45,554 nucleotides of DNA, taken from positions 47,577,019 to 47,622,572 of the forward strand of contig NC_068990.1 in the NCBI RefSeq assembly GCF_001194135.2, in the 5' to 3' direction. Numbering within the stretch: position 1 is the first letter of the stretch; each line of letters starts with the position of its first letter. A program made the translations under genes and the position numbers. This stretch comes from Octopus bimaculoides (Eukaryota). The notes beneath the pieces were generated by a model. It was not told the origin of the DNA. It was given only the letters and a program-made list of their open reading frames with translations, and did not search any database. Below are positions 1 through 10,410 of this stretch, in pieces.

Positions 1-85
1 TTGTTTTGCAAGATTTTTGATGTGAAAAATACAAAATGGCTGATAGTTAGCAAGGTGAGACACACATAAGAAAGAAGGAAACAAA

Positions 86-130
86 GGACCACTGATGAGG
101 TCACAGAAGTGTGACGAAAGAACTCTGGCC
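86..130 (+). ncRNA. Minimal type I hammerhead ribozyme motif, intact core
   Basis: GG(A)CCA-CTGATGA-G-GTCACA gaag TGTGAC-GAAA-G-aa-CT-C-TGGCC: all core nucleotides present, 6-bp helix II with G-C closing pair, NUH = CUC (cleavage after 125), helix I 5 bp with one bulge. Confidence 0.8.
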
Positions 131-327
131 GAAATAAGATTAAGATTAATGTAATATAAAGCTGAAGCAAATTAACACCAAATATACAGTGCGTGTGTTT
201 TTATTGGCTAAACTGGCAATATGACCATCCCCAAGTACAACAATATATATATATATATACATGAATATATATGTATACCTATATATATACATGTATGTTT
301 ATATTCCTGCATATCTATATATACACA

Positions 328-570
328 TCATCATCATCATCATCATCGTCGTTTAACGTCCGCTTTCCATGCTAGCATGGGTTGGACGATTTGACTGAGG
401 ACTGGTGAAACCAGATGGCTACACGAGGCTCCAATCTGATTTGGCAGAGTTTCTACGGCTGGATGCCCTTCCTAACACCAACCACTCTGAGAGTGTAGTG
501 GGTGCTTTTACGTGTTACCCGCATGAAGGCCAGTCAGGCGGTACTGGCAACAGCCATGCTCAAAATGGTG
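328..570 (-). mobile_element. 3' end/UTR fragment of an RTE LINE with (GAT)n tail
   Basis: (CAT)n at 328-347 followed by sequence matching the reverse complement of the 3' end of the RTE copy at 37790-38004. Confidence 0.8.
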
Positions 571-783
571 TACACCCCGAAAAGAAAAATCAAAGAGATG
601 GCACACTTACTTGGATGTAATGTCATTGTAGAGGAAACCTGTTTGTTTAACAGTTTCAAATTTTACATTATTTTTCCTTTTATTTTTTTCCTGAAAAGTT
701 GAAACAATCATTTCTCTCAGTTACAGTCTTTACAAAATTATAATGACTTACCACTTACTCCTTTCAAGTCGGGATGTCCTATC

Positions 784-1960
784 TCACCATAATTTTTCTT
801 TTCGTTTGTGCTTTTCATGTTGTCTTTTTTTGCTCCTATTTTCCTGCTGTTTTATGTGTTTTTGTATTTCCATCTCTAAGTCTGTGTGTTCCTGTATTTG
901 TGTGTCAGTGTGTTCGTTTGACTGCAACTCTATGTGTTTCGTCTGTGTATCTATGTCTTTAGGTTTCCAGAGTTCTGGGTTGTCTCGTTTCTGGTCTGAA
1001 TGACTCTGTACTTTTAATTCCTTTGTTGATACTTTCACTTGTAAATTTTCTCCGTTTGTCGTCGTGGGTTGAGTTTCTTCTTCCATTCCTTTGCACTTCT
1101 TCACTTCCACTGTTGTCGATGACTTTCTTCTCTCTCTTTTCCTGGGTTTTACCTCCGCCAAATTCCCGTCATATGACGGGAATTTGGCGGAGTCTGCTTT
1201 TTTTCCACCACAATATCTTCCTGTATACTCTCTTCCACCATTTCTACTGCTGCTCTAGGGCATTTCCTTCTCAGGTGCCCTCTTTCACTGCATCCGTAAC
1301 ATTTTGGGGGTCTCCCCTCCAACATTACTTCCAGTTTTTCACCGTTTGGTAATTCCACAGTTTCCGCCATTTCATCGTAATATTCTGGGCTTACGGTGCA
1401 AATTACTTCAACACCATATCCCCATCAATTCAATTGTTGAGTTCTGCTTACTATGCAAATCTCCAGGTTTTCACTTCCCTTCACCAGCTCTGAATTCAAA
1501 ATTGCGACTATTACCCATTCTGGGTCTATCAACGGTGGGATTCTTCCCACCCTGACCCTTAAGATTCTTTTGCCCAAACAATTCAGCAACAACATCCATT
1601 TCTCTCCCAGTATCAGTCTGTTATCATTCATTTTCGCCTCCTCTTCTAATGCAAAGGTGACTATTATAGTCACGTATTTTCTTCTTCTTGTAAAGAAAGT
1701 TATTCCTTCACCCATTTGTTCCTGCAATATTTCCTCTATCTCTTCCTGCGGCGCATGCTCTGTTCTCCTATTTTCATTCAAAAATGTTCTGAATATCACC
1801 GTCTTGCTGTCCAATTTTCTTTTTTCCTCCTCTGGCAGGATCATTCTTATGTTTGACCTTCTTTTTTATCATGCCATAATATTTTGCTATCTTCACTTCA
1901 TTCCACTCCATCTTCTTCGGCTTCAGCACACGTGGGTCTATGGTATCTCGACCTCCGGTG
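784..1960 (-). pseudogene. Decayed L1/Tx1-type ORF1 (RRM-like region + one CCHC zinc knuckle + basic C-tail)
   Basis: Track ORFs 1774-2007, 1425-1844, 1149-1370 and 784-1161 join through one frameshift, one in-frame TGA (1425-1427) and a 20-bp inverted duplication. Motifs RVRVGRIPPLIDPEWVIVAIL and CYGCSERGHLRRKC (Cx2Cx4Hx4C). No APE/RT recognised downstream. Confidence 0.7.
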
Positions 1961-2128
1961 TGAAACCACCACCTGACGATGGTGGCTTCACACAAAAAAA
2001 ATTCCACTTAATATTCTTCAAAAAACAACAAAAACCTGTCCGCTAGAGATAGCAGAAATCTGCTCTAGCTCACAATACATAGAAAAATAAATGACAATCA
2101 GTCACTGATCTTGCAACAAGCAAAGTAG

Positions 2129-2511
2129 CTAGATAGAAAATCTCTATAAGAGATGAAAGTAATAACTTTACTGAGAAGTAATGTTTATTGCCACTTCATA
2201 GGAACTGACATTACTACTGTCTTTAACCCCAAGAGGAGCCACCTCCACCTTGAAATGAGGATGAGCACAAATAGCTCGAAACTGTATGGACTGGTTGTCC
2301 TGTCATCTGCTAGAAAATGATAGGAGTTTGCTCTCCTGCTTGCAATATACTCAGGTGCAGATTGCATTGACAACCAGCTGGAGGAGGCTCCTCCTGTGGT
2401 TAAAAACAGTAGTAACATCAGTTCCTATGGAACAACCATATTGAAGTGACAATAAATATTACTTCTTAGTATAGTTACTACTTATATCTCTTATAGAGAT
2501 TTTCTAACTAG
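2129..2511. mobile_element. Non-autonomous inverted-repeat element (about 120-bp arms, 131-bp spacer)
   Basis: 2129-2247 is the reverse complement of 2379-2511 (CTAG(a/t)TAGAAAATCTCTATAAGAGAT...GAGGAGCC(a/t)CCTCCA) with one about 15-nt indel. Spacer holds a disrupted hammerhead-like motif. Confidence 0.8.
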
Positions 2512-2711
2512 TGCTCTCTCTCTCTCTCTCTCTCTCTCTATATNNNNNNNNNNNNNNNNNNNNNNNNNNNNNNNNNNNNNNNNNNNNNNNNNNNNNNNNN
2601 NNNNNNNNNNNNNNNNNNNNNNNNNNNNNNNNNNNNNNNNNNNNNNNNNATATAATCATTAATAAATCATAGGGCAGCAAAAAAAATTTTAGAAATTTAA
2701 TTTACCACCAG

Positions 2712-2741
<30 letters not shown>

Positions 2742-2743
<2 letters not shown>

Positions 2744-2900
2744 GTAATCCCTTGACTATTGTGGATGTTACATTCCAAAACACCCATAGGTGGAAATCTA
2801 TGAAGTAGAAACAGTAATTTATCTATAAGTGTTATTAATATTGTAGTCTTCTAATGTTGATTAATGTACCAATGAATACTAACAGTGTACAGTCATATAT
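2742..2900. mobile_element. Tigger/pogo-like transposon terminus (partial)
   Basis: Starts CAGTAATCCCTTGACTATTGTGGATGTTACATTCC next to (TA)n, resembling Tigger-type TIR/subterminal sequence after CpG decay; second end not identified. Confidence 0.35.
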
Positions 2901-3944
2901 TACATTAGATTTTCTATGACCTCTGATGTTCTGTCATGCTTTTGAAATGTTTCATGTAATGCCTGAAATTTTGTGTGGGGTGCGGGATTGTTGTTTTGAT
3001 TGGATTGAGAACAAGTCCTAGTTCAAAACAATGCTCTGCAGTCATATTGAGAAGGTGGTGGTTGATTATTTTGTGCTACTTTCAATCTAGATAGTAAATA
3101 GTTCTCTTGTGAAGATAGAATTACTCCACTTGACAGTACAATGGCTCTGGCATCAATCCAAACATTTCCCTATTTTTGTGGTGTTTTTCTATTTGCTTTA
3201 TGATGATGCTACAGAATGGTTCCATTATGTTTTATGAAAGCATTTCAGCTAACTAATAATAGATATCCAGCAAAATATTTACAAATGACTATATTGTTAT
3301 GTAATAATTACTTACAAGATCATGTCATTGTTCTCATACCTTAGGAAACCTTCATTTCTTTTTAACCTTATTGAAAAATAAAACTAACTCTTAAATTACA
3401 TTTAGTATTTGAATACTAAATATAGGATTCAGCTACTTGTAAATTGTATATGTGCTCCTTTTATTCTTAAATATAACAAAAGCTTGCTATGCATCTGATG
3501 TGAGCGAATTACAGATGGGATACTGAGTGTCACCCATTTCATTTTCATTTTTTTTTGCCACAAATAAAGTAGGAGCTGGCATTCGTCTTATGCATAAATG
3601 CATCAACAATTATGGTAAATGAGACAGCTGCTCCAAACAATTTATGCAAAAATTTGAAATTTTCAATCTTCAAAGCATAATCTTTATCTTAATAAAATTA
3701 TCTGAACAGTGCTAGTGATTAATTGAACTTTCTTTATTTTTTTATATATTTAGCTACATTATGCACTGATCTATATAGTACAGAAGTTTGGGAGGCAATA
3801 CTGAAGAATGTACTGTGTAGATCATCCTAATACAGTACCAGCCAGCCAGAAATTTACATTACTTAAATAGCTGGTGTACTGCCAATGATCCTCCAGTGTT
3901 TTGCAGGGAAGGACAATGCTATTGATATTTTATCTCCAATTAAG

Positions 3945-4160
3945 TCAGTAAGCTGGTAGAATCATTACTGCACCAGACAAAATGCTTAGCAGCATTTCAT
4001 CCAATTTTACATTCTGAGTTCAAATTCCACCAAGGTCAGATTTGCTTTTCATCCTTTCAGGGTTGATAAAATAAGTATCAGTTGAGCACTGGAGTAAATT
4101 TAATTGACTTACACCTTCCCAAAGTGCTGGCTTTATACCAAAATTTGAAACCAATATTTT
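3945..4160 (+). mobile_element. tRNA-derived SINE, family B (conserved central-domain type)
   Basis: A-box-like AGCTGGTAGAATC, B-box-like GAGTTCAAATTCC, central TTTCATCCTTTCAGGGTTGATAAAATAAGTA; homologous copy at 44378-44597. Confidence 0.7.
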
Positions 4161-4290
4161 ATCTCCAATTGTCATAATTTTCAGCAGCGAGTGCCTTTTA
4201 TCATAGTTTTCATATTCATAGCTAGCATGGAGCTAAACAATGTTTCTAGCCAACCTAATTCACTTACAGCAACTTCACTACTTTCATGAT

Positions 4291-4591
4291 TGTTATAATG
4301 TGGATCCTTGTCCACTTGTATGTTGTAATATTCTTGTCCCCACTATTATGTTGTGGTGGTATTTCGCATCTTTACTTTGACTCGTCTATTGTGCTATCAC
4401 TGATAGCTCTGCAAGACAGTGACTTGAAATGTCTACCTTGCCAGTATATCACGTATATGGCATTGACTCCAACTGAGAACTTGTACAACTCTACTATACT
4501 GACTTCCTACAACAACTAGCTGTCTGACTTTATAGTGGCTTCTCATACAACTTTGTCATGTGGGAAGGAGTGTACCATTTTCATTACAACA
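4291..4591 (-). repeat. 3' LTR of the gypsy element
   Basis: TGTTATAA...TACAACA; aligns with 9059-9393; adjacent polypurine tract AAAAGGGAAGA on the minus strand at 4592-4602. Confidence 0.9.
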
Positions 4592-7232
4592 TCTTCCCTT
4601 TTAGTTATTTTTTTTCTTTGGGAAGCAAGCAATTTTATTTTACTTCATTCACCTCTCCTCCCTTTTTTTTTCCAGCTTAATATTTTTTTTTTTTTTGGCG
4701 TCTACTTGTAGAAACTCTGTGTTCTTCCTTTTTCTTCCACCTGTACACGTGGGTTCAACCACCTGTAATGGTATTGGTACCTGGAATGTGTAATACAGCC
4801 ATTCCATACATTCTTCCAATCTGTCTGGTTCATTTTCTGTGAATCTTTTCTTCAATTGGTTTCTGTTTTTTTCAATATCTTTTCTGCTTTTAATTCCGTA
4901 CATCATTTTTCCAATATACTTCGTCATTTTTCCTATGCACTTCATAATTTTTCCTTCTTCCCAGTATTGTTTTCCATTTTTATACGACCTCATGTACACC
5001 TTATCACCATTTTGAAAAATTTTAGGTTGTCTTTCCTGGTACTTTTTCTTTCCTCACCAGGTAACAGTTTATCAAAAACTGATTTCACCTTCCTCGCGAA
5101 CATCGGTTCAGCTGGTGAGCTTCCTGCTGGTGTATTGGGATTCGGTCTCACCCTGTATACCCTTAGGAATTGCTGCAGAGCAACTTCGTCTGTGGTTTCC
5201 TTGTTTACTTTTCTCAAAGCTCTTTTTAAAATGTCCACAAAACGCTCTGCATGTCCATTTGATCTGGGATGGTAAGTCTTTATTGTTTTATGTTCTACTG
5301 TGAACATTTTGCAGAATTTTCTAAATTCACTGGATACAAATTGTGTTCCATTATCGGATGCAATCATGTCTGGGATGCCAAATCTTGTGAATAACTGGTG
5401 CAAACAATTTATTACAATTGAAGCAGTTGGTCTTTTGCGCTTAACAATTTCCAGTTATTTTGTAAAACTGTCATCTACTACTAAGTAGTAATAACCATTT
5501 AATGGACCCACAAAACCAATATGTAGTCTTGACCATGGACTTTTTACTTCTGGCCAAGGCTCCCATTTTTTTAGTAGGCAATTTCGCTGCCAGACCACAT
5601 CCTCTGCAGCCTTTTACTACGTTTTTGACTCCCTTGTCCACCTTCAGCCTAAGCACTTTCATCCTTGCAATCCCCAGATATCCAATATGGAATTCTCTCA
5701 ACATTCTTTTTTGTGGAGTCTCATGTATCACTACCCTTTGGCCATACATCAGTACACCATCACATGTTGAATATTTGTTTATATCTTCTTGTTTTTTTGT
5801 TACCGAACCTTTTTTTTTTTTAAATTTTGTTAATGAACTTGTCTTTTGACATGTGTCGCTTTATCTCCTCTATTGTTATTGGTAACTTGTACAATGTTCC
5901 ACATTATGTGTTTAATTTCCCCTTCAGCTCTTAGGACTGCTATTATTGTGTCCTTCAATGGTTCACCATATCTGGGTATTAACCTGGATAGGCCGTCAGT
6001 ATGTCCTAGCTTTTCCGAACGTAAATATACCATTGCATAGTCGTAGTTTAGTAGTATGGTGCCCCATTGCTGCAACCTGTTTGCTGTATGTACTGGGATT
6101 CCTTTCTTGAATCTATAAATCATTAGCAACAGGCAATGGTCTGTTTGTAGTCTAAACCGTCTACCATGTATAAAACTGTGGAACTTTTTTTATGCAAATA
6201 TAATCACCAATGCCTCTTTTTCAATTTGGCTATAATTTTTTTCTGCTGGCAATAGCATTCATGACATGTGAGCTATGGCCTTTTGACTGCCATCTTCACA
6301 TTTGTGAAGGAGTCGGCACTATCATCTGTTTCCACCATCATCTGTTTCCAGTATCGTTTCCAACTTCAGATGGAAGTGTGTGACCAACAAGTCTGAAGTT
6401 AACATACTTTTTAGTACCTCAAATGCCTTCTGGCATTTTTCTGGCCAAAACCATTTGGCATCCTTTTTTAACAGCTCATTTAGTGATGTTCATTTATGTA
6501 TGTTCAGGATTTGTTGGCATTTGTTGGGGGAGGCATATTTCGTATCGCTGTCACCCTTGATGTCAATTATTGACCCAAATATTTGACTCTTTTCATCAAA
6601 AATTCGCACTTTTATTTTTCACAATACCTTTTTAATATGTTCAAAGTGTTGCTCCACTGACTCGCTTTTTATCAAAATATCATCGAGATAAAGCGATAGT
6701 GAAGTTGCAATCATTTAAAATTGCATCCATCACTTGTTGGAATATGGCAGGTGCCACTTTTACAGCAAAAGGAAGCTGCTTGAATTTAATCAATCCACAG
6801 TGTGTGTTTATTAAAAGGTGTGTGCAATCTTCCTCTACCTGTATCTGTAGATAGGCCTATGAGCAGTTTAACTTTAAGAAAATTTTTTCTCCATTTAGTT
6901 TTGAGAAAACTTCTGGGTTTGGTAATGGATAGTTGTGTTCGAGTAAAGTCATTAAATCCAGTTGAAAAGTCCGCACACACTCTTAGTTTATTACTTTTTC
7001 TATACATAAACCGTTGGAGCTGCCCAGTCTGAATTGTCGACTTTTTCAATTATAGCTAAACTTTCTTGTCATTCTAGCTCATTATTGATCTGGTCCAATG
7101 CCGCAAATGGTACATTCTGTTCAGGCCTAAAAACAGGTGTTGCTTCTTCTTTTACTGCAATCCTCGCTTTTGTTTTAGTGCAACAGCCTAATCCTTCCAA
7201 AAAAACATTTGGAAACAATTCTTTAATTTTTT

Positions 7233-7575
7233 ACATTATTTACATTCGATGGATATTTGTCCTCCTCTTGTTTGTTGTTAACACAATGTTTCAGCTGATA
7301 TACCCTCCAGCCTTCTTCAGGTGTCTTAGGGGAAATTTTGAACCTGGGTTCTCATTCCTAAGGTATTTTTCGATGTTATTATTATTGTTCACTGCTTGGA
7401 ATCAAACTCGGAATCTTGGCGTTAGTAGCCCGCGCTCTTAACCACTACGCCATATGCCCGTGGGCATATGGCTTAGTAGTTGAGGACAAATATCCGTCAA
7501 ATGTTAATAATGAGGACAAATATCCATCGAATGTAAATAATGTACATAATTCCTCATCTCTTAAATATAGAACTG
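7233..7575 (-). mobile_element. tRNA-headed, hammerhead-containing short element with inverted architecture, inserted in gypsy pol
   Basis: Flanked by an about 16-bp TSD AATTCTTTAA(T/A)TTTTT (7217-7232, 7576-7591). Minus strand: A box TGGCGTAGTGG (7442-7452), B box GAGTTTGATTCC (7398-7409), (AAT)n linker, hammerhead motif 7280-7325, tail. Right part is an inverted partial copy. Confidence 0.8.
7280..7325 (-). ncRNA. Minimal type I hammerhead motif, degenerate
   Basis: GACAC-CTGAAGA-A-GGCTG gagggtatat CAGCT-GAAAC-AT-T-GTGTT. Helix II closes G-U and helix III reads ACAT instead of palindromic ACGT; both changes fit CpG decay. Confidence 0.65.
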
Positions 7576-9044
7576 AATTCTTTAAATTTTTTTGTCTCAG
7601 TTATTTGACATTTGAACTTTTAACTGTGCTGACTACATTTTCACAGGGAACATTAATATAGGTATCCCAAATTTTAAATAACTCCATGCATTCTGTGCCG
7701 AATAGGTTTAGTGATTTTTTCAACACATAAATGATTGTCCTTCTTGTTTTACGTTAAAAAGTTACATTGCAAATACATTCGCCGATGAAATAGAATTTCT
7801 TTCCTGTAACACCATATGCTACTTTATTTGATTTAAATAATTTTGGCTTACTGATTTGTTATCATGTTTCTTCATTTATGATAGCGATGTCACTACCTAT
7901 GTCTAATTGCATTTTGACATTAGTGGTTTCGATTCTTACTTTGATGAATTTTCTGTTCATTGTACAAACATTTTTCTCTGATGACAAACTATTTATGTTT
8001 TCTTGTCTGGTCCAATTTTTCATCGTCTTAGTTCTGCAGTGTGATTTAATGTGTCCTGTGTTACTACAATGAAAACACTTTGCTTTTTTGAATGGACACT
8101 CTTTTCTCAGGTGCCTACCCACCACATGTCATACATGAGTTTATCTCTTAATATGTATCATGTTTTTTGTGAAACACTTTATCCATCTTCTGACTTTTTC
8201 GCACTGGTTTTATCTGTAAGCAATTTCTGCGTTGGAGTTCGCCTTACTTTTAATATCATATCATACTCTTCTGACAGTTTCTGAAGAGTTATATCCAGGT
8301 TTGTTTCCAGCTTTGCAAGAATTTTCATTCTTACTTCTGCATCCTTTTTAGCAGTAAATCCCTGAGCAAAAATCAGGTGCTTGAATGAGTCTAGAGTTAG
8401 TTTATCCAGTTTAAATTTCTCGCACTCTCTTTTCATTCTACCTGCATATGTGGTTAAAGTCTTCATCATTGCTTTTCTCAGTGTTCAAATACTTCCAGCA
8501 TATGTTGAACAATGATGTTTTTTTCACTAAACATCCTACATAAAATGTCAGTTGTGTCTGAAATTTATGGCAGAAACTTTTTGGGGTAATATAAAGTTAT
8601 AGTATTTCTCATGCACTATCATTTCGCCAGTTTCCTCAGAATTTGATGTGTTTTCATTTCATCCGTCCAGTCTTGGCATTCTTTTTCAAAAATTTTTTCA
8701 AATCTTTGGTAATATACCTTGAAAGTGATTCCTTCTTCTGAGTAATATTTAAATTCATTTATTGAATTTGCTACATGGTCTGGTGAAGACGTATTTTTCG
8801 GTTTTGTTATCAACTTTATTAGTTGTAGCATTTGTTGTTCTTGTTGTTCACTGAGTTGTTGCTGTTTTTGCAAGTCAATTAAACCCTCTAACAAGTTTTC
8901 CATAATTTTACGGATTTTTCATAAAATCAAAAATGTTTGTTACTCCTCTGTCGAGTTTTTAATTTCTACACATTGTTCACATAAATTGTTTATTTTCTTG
9001 TGACAAGAATTTTGTTTTCAATGTTGTCCACATGAATTGTTTAT

Positions 9045-9057
9045 ATCCTCATCGCCA
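9045..9057 (-). promoter_or_regulatory. Primer-binding site, tRNA-Ser(GCU)-like
   Basis: Minus strand TGGCGATGAGGAT one base after the 5' LTR; complementary to the ...ATCCTCGTCGCCA 3' end of eukaryotic tRNA-Ser(GCU) with one C>T mismatch. Confidence 0.75.
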
Positions 9058-9058
9058 C

Positions 9059-9393
9059 TGTTATAACGTGGATCCTCATCCACTTGTATGTTGTCATCAG
9101 CACTGTAATATTCTTGTACCCACTATTATGTTGTGGTGGTATTTCATGCCTTATCACCATTGATTCGTCTATTATGCTTTTGTTGATAGCTCCACAAGAC
9201 AATGACTGGAAACATCTACATTGACAGTAACTCAAACTTGTATATATCACACAACTGACACTGACTCCAACTGAGAACTCGTACAATGACTCTACTACTA
9301 TTGACTCCCTACAACAACTAACTGTCTGACTTTAAAGTGGCAACTCATACCACTTTGTCACATGGGAAGGAGTGTACCATTTTCACTACAACA
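9059..9393 (-). repeat. 5' LTR of the gypsy element
   Basis: TGTTATAA...TACAACA; aligns with 4291-4591 with several small indels. Confidence 0.9.
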
Positions 9394-10410
9394 ATGACTT
9401 ACTCTACCAATTTGACATCCCTGATTATCACATTTAACCCTTTAACTGTAAAATTAAATTTCATGGTCATTCCAATAATGATGTTAAATGTCTACCGAAA
9501 AGTATAATTGGTATTTTCTGCAAATCACATTGCTTCAATAAAGTTGACATATCTCTACAAAAATAGATTCAAACATGACATTCCTCAGTAAAAGATAAAT
9601 TAATATATAAAACTGCTTTCTGCAGTTAAAGGTAATGAAATTTTGAGTGGATATATCTGATTTCCACAGTAAATGGGTTAAAAATATCGTGCATCAATGA
9701 TCTGCATAAACCAAGGTCAGCCTGATGAAGCAGACCTTTGATCAAAGGTATCCTAGCCATGACTATCCCATTTTTTTAAAAGTGTCTATCCATTTTTATA
9801 TGATGGTAGTGTTGTGATTTGAGCAAAATTTAATCGCTATACTCAGCAGGTCAAGCAACAGTGTAGAAGTTTATTCATTAGTGACGTAGTAGTGGATGTT
9901 TCTGCTGCTAAATAATCTATAAGTCAAACTGTATGATTGATGTATGGTTTCAGTCACAGACTTGATACTGTAGGCTGCTCAGAGAACTAAGAGCTCAAAT
10001 CTTTTTCCTTCTGTTCACTTTCTGACAACTTTAGGAAAAGAAAATAAATTCATCCCAATTCTATTTTGTTCAGTTTATAATTTGAGTTTACACTTCTTTT
10101 ATGAAAGGCAACAAAAAGGAAATTTTAAAATTCTGTTTTGTAAACATTGTTTTACATTTAATTAATAACAATAAAATTGCATATATATAACAGTGCTATT
10201 TCAACCCTTAGTTAAAAAAAAATACTGTGTTTTCTAGCACACGAGTCAATATACTATATAATATAAACATGTAGTTTAAACATTCAAATATCATCACTAC
10301 TTTTCCAAATCCTGCTGTACTTCACACAGAAGTTTTGGCCTTCTAGTATCATCTTGGTCAACTTAACATTTTTGGCTATAAATTTTGATCTGAAAAATAT
10401 GACTAGCATT

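Larger units (their letters stand above)
4649..8903 (-). pseudogene. Fragmented gypsy gag-pol
   Basis: Gag (8619-8903), CCHC knuckle CFHCSNTGHIKSHC, protease LDIGSD (7862-8125), RT CADFSTG (about 6970) and YLDD (6679-6690), RNase H region (5830-6129), integrase ASDNGTQF...YHPRSNGHAERFV (4990-5403); many stops and frameshifts. Confidence 0.9.
4291..9393 (-). mobile_element. Full-length decayed Ty3/gypsy LTR retrotransposon (Mag-like)
   Basis: Two homologous TG...CA LTRs (4291-4591, 9059-9393), 5-bp TSD ATGAT/ATGAC (4286-4290, 9394-9398), PBS and PPT correctly placed, gag-PR-RT-RNaseH-IN order. Confidence 0.93.

Noticed and set aside
13-60. ATG GCT GAT (MAD, like human GC1) followed by a CAAG|GTGAGA donor-like site as first coding exon
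   Set aside because: In-frame TAG after four codons and phase 1 rather than the required phase 2.
1453-2046. 197-aa plus-strand ORF
   Set aside because: Antisense shadow of the purine-rich ORF1 on the minus strand; no recognisable motif.
7390-7459. Functional tRNA gene
   Set aside because: A and B boxes present, but acceptor stem does not close and it is embedded in a TSD-flanked element; treated as a SINE head.
7482-7541. CRISPR-like 30-bp direct repeats
   Set aside because: Only two adjacent copies, no spacer, eukaryotic context; duplicated element tail.
9715-9760. CTGATGA followed by the ACCTTTGATCAAAGGT palindrome
   Set aside because: No GAAA after the stem; part of a degenerate interspersed repeat.
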